Position numbers and translations under genes: made by a program. A stretch of DNA of 64,000 bases from Trichoplax sp. H2 (lineage: Eukaryota), in NCBI GenBank assembly GCA_003344405.1, contig NOWV01000010.1, forward strand, positions 620,001 to 684,000, in the 5' to 3' direction. The notes beneath the pieces are model-generated. The model did no database searches and was not told where the DNA came from. It saw nothing but the letters and a program-made list of their open reading frames with translations. Positions 50,898-63,248 of the stretch are shown here, in pieces (position 1 is the stretch's first letter; each line of letters opens with the position of its first letter).

Positions 50898-53067
50898 GTT
50901 AGTAAGTGAAATTAATTTATAGTTTTCTTTTACGATTACTTTCAGGATATAATGTAATCTGGTTAATCTTTACAGGATATTATCAATCGCCTGACATAGA
51001 TATATCTTAGATTGGATTTTTACCAGGGATCAAATATCAAAAGCTGAGGGATCAGAAGCAAACATTATTAATTTTGATTCAGAAGAATGTTTTATCTACG
51101 TTTTTACTATCAATCATATGAACATCAGCTCAATCGACGAACTTCTGTTATGAAGAACATCTTTAAAATATGTATTTTATATCTGTGATACCCTAACTTC
51201 AAATCATGTAATAACATACTACTTCTTCAATTCATGGATAATAATTAATTGTAGAATATAGAATTTTAGCAGTATAATGATATTTGGATATTACGAATCG
51301 GATACTTTTGATATGATAATACAAAATAAAGCTATTTCACCACTGGTTATAATTAACGCTGTTAAGATTAGACAAATGGAGTAAATTATAACGATAATAA
51401 TTTATAGGTAATGTTAACGTATCATTATTATTAGCTTATGTACATGCTGTGCACAGCGAAAGAAGAATGAATCTTTATTTGGGAATAGACACCTAGAAAA
51501 GTATAACATCGTATATTTACGATTTGTCTAATGATTTTGATAACTTCGTTGATAAAAGATATAGATTGTCAATTAGAAATGGTTAAGAAACTAAAATACA
51601 CATAGTAGAATATAATTCATGTTAAAAGAAACCTTTGTTTTTGTATTAAGGTACTGTTTGCATTGTTAGGATTGACAGTGAATACATTTTTGGTGCGCAT
51701 ATATTAATATAACTGAGAGGTGGTGACTTAATCTACTTATTTTGTTATTTTTTGGTGTGTCTGATTTAAGTCACTCTTTTGGAAATTTTTAAGAATTTTT
51801 GTTTCCGATATGGTTCATGTTTGCATACGAATATAGGAGAAATGTTTCTACGATAATTCCTTGAATATCTAAATTCAATTTAAAACTGCAATTCTTGTTA
51901 TTGCTCAATATCACTATAACATAGTACTATAAATGTTTTTAATACGGTGTACAGGAGTTACACAGACAAGAAATAAAAGTATGGTCTATCATCGCACAAT
52001 CTTTATAAAATTTAAAGTAACGACTTACTAAAACGCTGCATGAGAATAAAACTTTCATCTTTAACTGATAAAAACACACTACGGTAACTATGGTAAGGAT
52101 ACAAGGTAGTATTTGACGCTGTCGATAAAGACGTTCTCGTTCCTTAAATAGATCGAATTATGGAAGAGTCGTTATGGTATATTACCATTTCATGTAACAA
52201 GTTGGATACAGTAATCGTATGGCAACTGTATCGACAATAATTATAATGAAACGGAGAATACTGTAAGAGGATTCAGTAATAGATTAGTAATAGAGGCGAA
52301 TATTGAAATGAAAATGGCAAGCCATTTATTTAAATTTGCTAACAAGTAGCAATCAGTACTATTTCATTATTTTCATTAAACTATACCATGCACCAGGGAT
52401 ACAACGTTTTATATCTACGCATGTAATGCATTAAAAATGAAAGCATATTGCATTGATACAACTAGCGATATAGGTTGGATTTACAACGTAGGCAATTCAC
52501 AGTCTATACAGAATGTAATGTTGTTATCCCTTTATAAATAAAGTTATCTATAACTACAGTCTAATTTCTATACAGTATATACTCTTATAAAGAAGTTTAC
52601 GTGGTTACTGCGAACAGCTCAAGAAATCGATCATAATTAGTAATATAATATCTACATACATGGGCAACAGTATTAAAATTGAAATACATTAAACAGTTTC
52701 AAATCTATCCGATATTACAGAATTACTTTGGATATCATTGCGTCCATGACAAGATGTTTTTGACAGCTTCTATGCGTAAGTAATACAGATACACTTTTGC
52801 TGAAATCCAAAATTGATAGATCAAAACGATTTAGGTTATATTTTAATACCAAATAGTAAGGTAATATCTTTCTTTATAATAATCGGTGTTCAAACACTTA
52901 AATCGCTTCAGATGAGTACTCAGATGAGATCCCATAGTAATTACTGATCCCCGAATATTCGAAGCTTGATACTGCAGATCTGATCGACATAATTGTAAGA
53001 GGTCGCAGTTTGCAAAGTATCTTCAAAAGAATAATACAGCGACCAAGCGTAGAACAAATACATCAAT

Positions 53068-56000
53068 TTATTCCGGATCCTCCAAGTTAGTCGCTATGGG
53101 AGCATCCTCCTAAAAAACATAAAACATCTCGAATCAGATTTGTCTGTTACTAAATTTCTAATTAAGAATTCATTTTAGATAATTTGCTGCAGTTTTATTG
53201 CCAGTAATACCTGTAATTTATTTAGTTGATCACTAGCTATCATCTATTACTATATATCTGTACCATCTCAATTCTAACATAGCTATAGTGCTTGATAACT
53301 CATTAAAAGATATGATCAAGCGCTCAAACAATTTCATATAAATGTAATAGGAAGATAAATTTTCATAATCTTAATTTTTAGTACCTGATTTAGCTTCTTA
53401 AACTCAACTACTTTACTGAATACATATTCTAGAACACGCTTTGCATCTCTGGATTGTGGAGGTAACATTTTGGTTACACCTAAAATATCACCGCATTCAC
53501 GAATGTAATATTCCAAATCGTTGTCATTACCTATAGAAGATAGTTGAAAGAAAAAAGATAAAATAGTTTTAGACACTCTTATAATATCTCTAACTGATCG
53601 AAACGAATCCAAATTTTGATGGCTTTTATAGTCATCAACTTAGGCAATGTAATGCAGGAAAATGAAAAAATTTCATACATTTATTTGTAATTTGTGCCAA
53701 TCGGACGCGTTCTGATGAGAAGTAATCATCCAAATCGAATAAATCTAATGATGGTGGTGGTAGTTCACGAAATTGAGGCGGAAAGACCTGTCCAACGTCA
53801 AACATTAAATTCGTTTGGCAGTTTTAATATTTAGAACAACTATTTCCATAGGTAATATGCATTATGAAACTAACTACTTTCTGCGTCTTACTATTAGTTA
53901 ATTTCATTAATTATTTAAAATGTGGATGGTATATTGCTTACCGCTGGCCGAAGGGGCGGCAATGGCGTTTCAAATTGAGGTGTAATCAAGGTTAAAGGTT
54001 CGTGTTTAACACTCAGTTCAGTGTATGCTCTGTTATTTATAGTTAACGATACATTAAAACTACTTCAAAATAAGGGGCCGAAATCAGCTCCTACATACGA
54101 CTAAATTAAAGCTTAATGATATACTCGATATAAATTTGGTATAATGAGGAGGAACCTTAGCTAGAATAATTACCTAACAGCATCTGGAACAGTGGTTGTA
54201 TCGAATTGAAATAAAGAGTGGTCAAACATTTGTGAGACATCACGAGGAATCTAATGAAACACGATAATGGGATGAGAAAGTTCTTGTCGAAAGACTCTAA
54301 TTAAATTTGTGAGCATCAATTCATAATAGTTAGTAATCCTTTAATCAATCAATTAATCGTACACGTTCTAAATATTAAGGATAAAAATAACTGTTAACAT
54401 CGACGATTGATTTATTCAATGATAATTCTTTTATGAAATATCGATCAAACGCGGGTTGATGAGATTGATTTATGCTTCATTTACTATTTATAATGAAGTC
54501 TTACACTACTCTGTCCGAAATGTTGGAATGTCAATTTGATATCTTAAGCTAAGCTATAATATTAACAACTGATGAAATTGTATCGTAACAATTATACTAT
54601 AAAGCATGCTATGTTACTAGAATCAAGTAAAGATAACTAAGTGCAATGTACCATCATTTTTTTACTTTTAACCAAAATCAATATACCTCATCGCTTTCCT
54701 GTAAGCATACACGCAGTTTTTCTGATAGCTTTGTAATATCAGGCAATGCGTGATAGTCTGTTAACTATCAACAAGAAAATACTCTTAATTCATTAAATGT
54801 TAAATACAAAACTTATATAATGAAAAGAGTAAAAATGTTCGCCATTCTTTGTAATAATAGTGTTAATTTTGTTTACTTCAGGATCTTCCGCATCGATATT
54901 ATTTAGCTTAATTTCATCTGTGGTAAGCCAACGCAATAGAATATCCTATATTATAAATAAAACATATATGAAGTGATGACCGAAACTGAGCAACATGCAC
55001 ATAACCCAACTACGAAGCAACACTATCAATTAATAAGACATATGAAATTATATTGGCATATAAAATTGTCAATAACATTACCCAAAATTTAGAATTCTCT
55101 TCTTTATCAATGTAGGTATCTGAGAAGATATGGACAGAACCAATAACCGCTAACTTTCCCTTAGATTTCTATATTGCAGCAGCAGTAACAGTTACATCAT
55201 AGATAAGTTACATTTCCTAATCTTAATGCTCTAATTGCAGTTACCTAAATTTAAGTATATATTGTAGACGTAACCGTATCAGCTTTAGATTCATGCTATT
55301 CCATCGTAATGGTACACATATCTTATCACCAGTAGATAAGTAAGAGACTTAAAACAGGTTTTACTCTATTGTACACTCTCAATAATCATATAATTATCAT
55401 ATATTATATATCTCTGCGTAATCGTATGCAAAGAGCAGTTCTTGTTGTCAGCGCCTTGTGTAGTGTAATATTATCAATAAAGCTGAGCCTTCAATTATCA
55501 AACACGAAACCGTACTCGCTTTACTGAAGACCCACCCACAATACCTCACATAGAGATTACGCTATACAAAATTTCATCAACCAAACTCTTTATCATTCAT
55601 AGAGAACGTAAAGCCGATACGGTTACATCTACATATATTATTTTGTTTTATCTAATGAGAATGAGCCTTTCTATTTTGTAATTTAGATAAAAAAATATTT
55701 TTGATTTCTATCTATTCATTTCAACCTTGGACGAGTGAAAAGCACAAACTGGACGATTCAACGGAAATGAAGTACTGCCTGTCGATAATACAGCGATGGC
55801 CGGTTTACCAACAGCTAAGGTTGCACCAAAGGGGTAAACGTAGGCTATTGATCTGTAAATGGATAATTATAAGAGATTAAATTGGTTAAGATGATAATAA
55901 TTTATCTAGAAAGGTATGATATTAGTATGCATACGGTGAACTAGTAACGCTTTCATCATCAGTATTGCTTCCAGGTATTATTTTACCGGCTGCTCGATTG

Positions 56001-57838
56001 ATCTCTCTAATTTTGAGAAATAGATTTAATTATAATCTCATTTATACAGTATGTCATAAAATATAATTACTTTCTAAGAAAAATTTCTAAACTCTAACAC
56101 TAAATTGGCTATCAATAGATTAAATCAGATAAATAATCTTAATGTAGCTATCGATTCTTAATAGGTTATTAAAAATATTAAATTACCTGTTTAAAACACC
56201 ATTGGAAATAAATACTTCCTTAGGATGAAAGTATTTATAATAGGAGGTTCTCACAACCGTATCTAGTAGGGTACATAATAAAATATTCAGAAATAAAACT
56301 ATATCAGCCGAAAGGTTCATACGTAAAAGACTATTTTAGGTCCTTACTGATCTTAATAGCAAAATGTCTATTTTATTATCATTGCGTCTTAGCACTTAGT
56401 ACCTTTCGTCACAAATATTGCGATGCATTATATTTAAGAAATGAGAAACTATTTGTTGCAATTCTAAATGTTTTATAGATGGTGTAAATGATTTAATCGA
56501 TTTTAACGAGATTTTCACTATGGGTGCCATAAATGTTAAAGGATAGGTTATATTATAGAATGCAAAATATTAATACGCATAAAGGCCGTCAACTCTGGAC
56601 GTAGACTATAAAAATTTGCAACAAGAATTTGATCTGTTAAAACAAATTTTAATCTATACTACCATACTGGAATTAGCAAAAGCAAAGAACAGTGTTTAAA
56701 GAAATAAATCATTCTAATACTGTAGTACATGAATCAATAATAATTTTAATATATATTCAAGTACCATTATTAACCATGATGCCATAATCTTCCAACAAGA
56801 AGTTGATATTTGTATCGAAATTCGATTCACCGCCTTCACCAAGCATGACAAGAACACTACCACCTTGATCAATATAGTTTCTAATGGCATCGAACTAAGA
56901 ATAATGAACATCATGGACCTTGTTTAATACAAAATTACGGTATACAAGTACTTTCTGGCATATTCAGCAGGTAATATCGTGAATGATTTTATGCTTTATG
57001 AATGATACTAAATACAATTTTCCTATTAATATAAGATTTCTGACTTACTTCAGACGCAGTAAATTTATCTCTTGGGCCAGCAAATATTATTACTTTAGAT
57101 TGATTGATCTTGTTAAAGTTCAATTCGTCCTTATAACTATACGAAATTTTAATAAGGCAAAGAATTTAACTATATGGTAACCGTCCGGCAAGAATATAGC
57201 TTAATGTCTGTACTCATCTAATTACGTTTTAAGAAAAAATCTGCAACGTGTGCAATTAATTACACGGTACCATTATTACATAGGTGATTACTTTTATATA
57301 TATCTGAGTGTGTTTTTTTAACTGGTTAATGTAATGTTCTATTCCTCATAGAGTAAGTATCGCCATTACTTCTGTTGATTTACATATTGTTGCTTTTAGT
57401 TTAGAGATTATTGGCATTATTAAGAGCAATTATATTCACCTGATCACTTTCCAACTTGTTCTTAACCTTCGGTGTATAATCTTAAAGCCATTAGTAGGTG
57501 AGAAAAGTTCTCGTTTACTAACGTTAAACAGAATTGTATTGGCCTGACTTTCATCCTAAAAAAAAACCTATACTTGAGTACTGTATACGCGTATAACAGC
57601 TTTCATGTTATGTTCTTGAGGATTTTTGATTTATAATTTTGTATTTCATAACTAATTCCAGCTCTATTTAATAATGTGCTATCGATATTGGTAGGTACAG
57701 CATGCAGCCTACGAACGAATCAATGATGCTTTCGTGTTTTCAACTAGTCAAGTTTGATTTGGATGATCATGTCTACTACATGGATACTGATCAATGTTGC
57801 ATTTGTCAACTTACGTTTTGGTTGCTTGTTGGTGCCAT
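53068..57838 (-). CDS. IFT52: Intraflagellar transport protein 52 (IFT-B; OSM-6/BLD1 family), multi-exon
   Basis: TILFNVSKRELF, AGPRDKFTASE, GGSVLVMLGEGGESNFDTNINFLLEDYGIMVNND, YKYFHPKEVFISNGVLNREI, VYPFGATL, IDAEDPE, PQFETPLPPLRPAVFPPQFRELPPPSLDLFDLD, LEYYIRECGDILGV...VVEFKKLNQ. The final exon 53109-53068 ends in TAA. Confidence 0.96.
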
Positions 57839-58040
57839 AGTTTCTTGTGGCTTTAGGGTGCCCGTTAGTCAATAAACTTAATAAAGGCCAGTCTATAAAG
57901 CTGTAGATGATAAACTAGTCTATGGACAGCTTTATTCTATCATATGACGATCAAAAATGGAGTATCTTATATAATATAAGACTTGTATGGATGCAGCGCG
58001 CAGCGTTTTTTCTGAATCTTTTGATGAACTAGTTTAGTTA

Positions 58041-58075
58041 GTAACGTAGCAACGGCGGGTGTGTTGCATAGAAAC
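58041..58075. promoter_or_regulatory. Tandem RFX X-box-like elements upstream of IFT52
   Basis: GTAACGTAGCAAC (58041-58053) and GTTGCATAGAAAC (58063-58075), about 200-240 bp upstream of the IFT52 ATG, resemble GTNRCC(N0-3)RGYAAC. IFT genes are canonical RFX targets. Confidence 0.65.
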
Positions 58076-58144
58076 GGAGCACCCAACTACACGTAGTGAC
58101 GGTAGTGTCAGTCTACATTGGCAGAAGCTGACGTTAGTGCACTT

Positions 58145-58240
58145 CTGTATTGTACTGTACAGTACTGTACTGTACTGTACTGTACTGTACCGTATCTCTG
58201 ATCTTTCTACTGTACAGTACGTACTGTACACTGTAAGTAC
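58145..58240. repeat. (TACTG/CAGTA)n repeat patch upstream of IFT52
   Basis: TGTACTGTACAGTACTGTACTGTACTGTACTGTACTGTAC and a second patch at 58208-58240. Confidence 0.85.
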
Positions 58241-58800
58241 AGCAGAAAGCTGCAAAAGCGACAGATTCAAGTCAGTTTCAACTCGGTGTCCAGCGTCCAG
58301 TTGTCCACTCCATCTCAGATACTCTGTAGATATTATGGCTGTAGTCACCTTTACATACTTATGGTCATCTCTGACAATATTTGGGAATATTTTTTATTTC
58401 TATGTTGCAGTTAAGGACTCTTCGTTATTAAAGAAATCGCTATTTACCTCCAATTAGTTGAAAACCTTCAACTTTCTGACCGTTCGTTTTAATTCTTCAG
58501 TTGCCAGCATGAGCGAAATAATGATTGTGTCAAGAACAATATATGAGGCTTTAAATGATGATTGTATAATATAATTATCAAGCATCAACAATAGGCCGAT
58601 ACTTATACATCCTACTATATATAAAGTATAAAATTTTGTGCATATGGAATTGTGTATGGCAGTGGATTGTGTATTTTAATTCGATTAATTCATAAATAAA
58701 ATAGCAACATAGATATAGATTCAGATTTTACACCGATTGCATAAACTATTAATTAGTCGTTGTACAGTACACTACTATACGTACTTTATAAAAAAAAAAC

Positions 58801-59092
58801 TGGGTAAATGGCCAGGAAAGCGGCTATTTAAGCAGTCCGAAGGATTCCTATTAAACGGTTAATTTAAGGTAAATACTTCGCTACAGCAAGGGATAACCAA
58901 CCGGCACATTGATCGTAGATGTCCTACACATACTCCGTATTAAAAGTAGAATTGCAATAAGTACAGTACATTTACGCGAAATCTTCTACTAGTTGCATCT
59001 GTGTATAGTCTAATCTGACGAGTTAATAGCGAAGTTGTACTACGTGCTTTCGGTACTGCACTGTGCTCTATATGCCTATCGGCCATTTCTCA
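58801..59092 (+). ncRNA. Candidate unannotated structured RNA or fold-back element (~290 nt); family not recognised
   Basis: Five to six strictly nested complementary segments (listed in the finding). Helix extensions work as G-U pairs on the + strand. Confidence 0.35.
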
Positions 59093-60012
59093 TCAATGAC
59101 TCGCTATCTATGCAGTCGTAGAACTGTTTCAATTACTACATAGTTTTGAATTTTGTGACATGGAATGAACTTAATTATGTACACTTACATATTACAGTAT
59201 TGTTTCCATCTTAAATAGATTCATTATTTGATCTTTATTATGTATGTTGCTGTTTATTTTACTCGAAACGAATGCAATCGCTATAGCGATTTGAAATAAC
59301 ATCATCATCGGCAAGATGTTACCAAATGTTTTAATGAATATATCTTCAATTTTGGGCATAGTAAATAAGGCTAAAAATAAAGTATGAAGTTTACGATACA
59401 TCTCACGTACACGTATTCACATGCCGAAGACAAATTTATAAGATGTGAATAACAAATTGCAACTTAATTTACTCTAATTATAGTTAATACTTTGAGGCTT
59501 GTTTAACATATTTTTATGGCATCTCCGTAACGACCAGTTACGTATAAAAGAACTCTATACAGCAAGCCGCATTTAATTTTAATAACAATAAAAAGAGTTA
59601 GTGTTCTATTTTCTTAAGAAAGGGAAAATAACTGATTGGTCGCAAAAGTTAAAACGAGAAACATCGTAATAGATGTATAGAGTAATATTATAGTAATTTA
59701 AATCATTTTAATATAGGAATGAACGATCGCTTAATGACACTGAATTTCATCAATATTAAGTGTCAAAATTGACAGCTAGACTAGCGTAATAAGCAATATG
59801 CTAAATGAATCCAGGATTGAATAAAAAAAAATTTATTAATTACGTAGAGTATAATCATTGTGTATTCGAAACTACCGAGAATTAATTCACTAACATCAAC
59901 GATTTCATGTTATGCTAAAGCTAGAGATTAAACGTATAAGCGTCATTAGTAAATCATCCTGTCTTGTCAATTTAAACCTATCGACTACTTATACCCCGCA
60001 ATGACGATCGTT

Positions 60013-60921
60013 TTAATTAAAATCAATCAATAAATTTGCAGTATTCATTGGACCGCTAATGGCAGCCTTATTAGTGAAATCTTTCGATAGTTCATCGTTC
60101 GAGGAAGTCGATGATCGACTTCGTGCTAACTCAGTAAAATCATCAAACATGGATGCAGAGCATTTGTTAGGCGATGATGGCATGGTTGACGCTCTTGCTC
60201 GAACTGAAATTCCATCGGCAGTAGGAGGAGGTAATAACTTTGGAGGTGTAGCTGCAATGATTTTTGACTTTGGTGAAGAACTAGTTTCAATTCGTGAAGT
60301 AGAGGATGCACGCGGCCTAACGTCATCCTTTGATAGTCCCAATGCCTTATTCTTTATGCTATTAGCCGCTGCGGTTAATCCACTAGAAGCGTCCATTTTT
60401 TTATTTTCGTTCCCTTTGCTGTTCAGTTTGGCTTTAGCAAAAGCCATTCGAAATGCTGTACCGAGCACGGTTATAATATTACGGGCGGTTTGTACGTCAT
60501 CGCACATAAAAACATGTGCATGAAATTCATTTTTCTCTTCCGCTCGAGTAATATAACAGTATAAAGTTGGATGATTTTTACTGCCGCTACAAAAGGAAAT
60601 ACGCTTTAGCGGCATATCAATGACAGACATTGTAGTTGATACGTCCTCGATCAACATCCTATCCCTTTCAATTCGCACGCACATTCTACGCTTTTGATTT
60701 TTCTTCGTTGATTCGCGGTATACTTTATCGATAGCGATTTCAACATGATCGCTACCCGTTCCAAACTTATCTACGACCTGGCAGTAACCTAAATAGCGAA
60801 CCTGATAGCTAGCCCCGGTGATGACTCGATCTTCATTACTAACGTCGTCACGATGTTGTGAGTAGTTGGCATTTCTACCAAAGCCAATTTTTTTTAAGAA
60901 GCCGCTTTTTTCTTCTTCCAT
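60013..60921 (-). CDS. PTB-domain clathrin-associated sorting adaptor, ARH/LDLRAP1-like (coding region in a single exon)
   Basis: PTB pattern YQVRYLG...RISFC...YCYI...HAHVFMC...IITVLGTAFRMAF. The tail has DDFTELARSR (beta2-adaptin FxxLxxxR motif) and terminal LLIDFN. First ATG at 60921; possible 5'UTR intron at ~60964-61132. Confidence 0.85.
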   Translation of the reverse strand: MEEEKSGFLKKIGFGRNANYSQHRDDVSNEDRVITGASYQVRYLGYCQVVDKFGTGSDHVEIAIDKVYRESTKKNQKRRMCVRIERDRMLIEDVSTTMSVIDMPLKRISFCSGSKNHPTLYCYITRAEEKNEFHAHVFMCDDVQTARNIITVLGTAFRMAFAKAKLNSKGNENKKMDASSGLTAAANSIKNKALGLSKDDVRPRASSTSRIETSSSPKSKIIAATPPKLLPPPTADGISVRARASTMPSSPNKCSASMFDDFTELARSRSSTSSNDELSKDFTNKAAISGPMNTANLLIDFN

Positions 60922-61427
60922 TGGAGTAAAAGAGACAACTCGAATAGAAAGCACGTCGATTCTCTATTAAGAGGTAAGCACCATCAATTGATCAAACTAG
61001 CTGAATATTGTGCAGTATATGGATTTATCGTTTTTTATATCGAGTGTTGATAACGGTAAAAAGTAAACACTCACACTACGATATCAATCATTTATGATAG
61101 CCATTATTTATTTATAATTGCCTTTTACTTACCAATGATAGCGATAATATTAGCTATCGCAGTATTGATGGGCTATAGTAATGAGCTCAAGAACGAATGG
61201 TTTGAACAAAATCAACTTGTAGAAAATTGATCCAGCAGTCCTTTGAAAAAATTAGAATATGATTAACTCTAGTACTGTTTTACATTTTTATCTAACCGCA
61301 CTCTGAAGTAAATACTGTAACTCTCTCTGCTCTTCTTGATTCATTAATTACACTACTGTAATTTATAGTGATTATATTATTAACAACTAACTCATTGTAT
61401 TCTTATTTGTATAAACAGTTCTGGAAC

Positions 61428-61750
61428 CTACAGTACGGCACACTGTACACTGTACAGTATAGCTGGATTAACTTCGGTGGCACTAAGGAAAATAAACCGT
61501 GTAGGCTAAATCAAGGCAAAGTAGATAAAATCTTCTACGTATGCCTACACATATAGATTTTGAACAAGAAAGTTAACAAATTGCAACTTTCAATTTTCGA
61601 CGCCATCTTGCCATCGAAGTTAATCGCGCTATACAGTACAATACTGTACATCGCGTACTCTACACTGTAGTATCAAATAAAGATTATTACTCTTTTTCTT
61701 TCCACTACGGTACACAACACTGTACTGGATTGTACTGTACTGTACACTAC
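61428..61750. repeat. CAGTA/TACTG patches in the head-to-head interval between the PTB adaptor and TMEM177-like genes, with a YY1-like CGCCATCTT at 61601
   Basis: TACAGTAC...CACTGTACACTGTACAGTA (61428-61460); TACAGTACAATACTGTAC...TGTACTGTACTGTACAC (61631-61750). Confidence 0.7.
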
Positions 61751-62016
61751 ACTCGGAGCTTGTGCAGTAGGAGTCTTGTTCAGCATAGACTGCTCAAGAA
61801 CTGCATGATTCGCAGGTGTTGCAAGCAAAGTAAGGCTGTACTGTAAATGTTTTATCACTACAATTTATTTTTCTAGCCATTCTAACTATCATATTACTTG
61901 TTCTACTCTTACAACTAGTGAGGTTTAAATCGTCTATCTTGAAAATAGAACTCCAGACAACTTGTGTCATCCATTTGATTGACGAAAACTTTAAATGATA
62001 AACGAATTACGCCGAC

Positions 62017-63248
62017 ATGAGAGTTATTGCAACAAGTGCCATTGCAACAGGATTATTAACATACCAACTCTATCCTCATCTATTTCCAAATCGTATTCGA
62101 CCCAAGCATATGACAGGATTTCCAATCATGCAAGAGACAATGGCCTCATTCAAAGAAATTTGTCAGAAGCTTGATATCGATCATAGTGACAAAGTCAAAG
62201 TCTATGTCGACAAAAGTAATTCAATGATTGTTGATACTACGTATAAATCACCTTGATCGCATACAGTAGTAGTAAATCTATTTATAGTTATGCAGTAATT
62301 TTGAAAAGCAATCGTAAATGTTCAACTAACCAAAATCGAGCTTCATGTCAATCTAATCAATGTACAGTATGTGCTATCCATTCCTTGTTTATGTTTTACT
62401 AAACGTATAAACGTTCATGCGATTATAGGTCTGACTGCTGGAAATTTAGGAAATAGTTGGTTGCCCAACGGAGCAATCCTTAGCTTGCCGTGTACTATTT
62501 ATTTTAAAACCGTCAATGATGTCATATATTCTAGAATTACTTTTGGCAATCAAAAGATTGAACGTGAAGATTTACTCAAATCTTTCATTACTTCAGCGAA
62601 TTGTAATAATTTCCAGATGGCTCACGAATTATCCCACTTAAAATTGAACGACTTTATACCTCGAAGCATTGTAATGCCTACCTTTTACATAATAGCTAGT
62701 GGTGTCTATAGTCTGTGCAATAAGTTCTTCTTAGGATCGACACTATTAAGGGGACTAAGCAAAGCCGCGGTCATAGCTGTAGCCATAGGCTGTTTCGTAG
62801 CTACGAACTCCTACATTATCTACAGACAGGAATATAGAGCTGATCATACTGCAGCTAGTATTGATCCAACGTACTTAATAGGTATCTTACTGCAAATACT
62901 TGTTGATAAAACGGCTTATATGATGATATAAGAACTTGCGATTCAATTAATATTCTTTCTATAATAGCTCCAGTACGTATATGATTTATTTTGCTAACGT
63001 ACTGTTGCAGTAATCAATCTGTATTATACTTATCTAATGTTGTACGCTTTCCAATTTTGAAAATTAAAGGTGGTATAGAACTAATGCACAAATATCTTGA
63101 CTGGGAAAACAAGTTTAACAAGAATGGTTCATCTAAACCTTTCTTAACGGTCATGTTGAATCGCTTATCGCATCCACCGGTAGAAAGGAGGCTTCAGCGG
63201 TTATTAGACATGCAAGAGCAGAGGGCTATCGCTGATAGTAAGAATTAA
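62017..63248 (+). CDS. TMEM177: TMEM177-like membrane protein with intact peptidase M48 motifs; exons 62017-62215, 62429-62881, 63070-63248
   Basis: Phase-consistent GT-AG splicing (phase 1, phase 1). TMEM177-like segments YPHLFP, WLPNGAILSLP, NFQMAHEL, ADHTAASIDPTYLIGGIEL, HPPVERR; two hydrophobic helices follow HELSH. Confidence 0.8.

Noticed and set aside
53334-53612. Apparent separate gene downstream of IFT52
   Set aside because: It is the IFT52 C-terminal exon (LEYYIRECGDILGV...KKLNQ) with intronic flanks.
58960-59012. Minus-strand resemblance to the U3 snoRNA 5' end (AGACTATAC...ACTAG.AGAAG)
   Set aside because: Box A and properly placed B/C/D boxes are missing, so it is probably chance.
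60059-60523. 154-aa + strand ORF
   Set aside because: Antisense shadow of the Ser-rich tail of the PTB adaptor.
62882-63069. Possible U12-type intron (donor GTATCTT); similar GTATCT donor at 45044
   Set aside because: Mismatch to GTATCCTT and no TCCTTAAC branch point near the acceptor.
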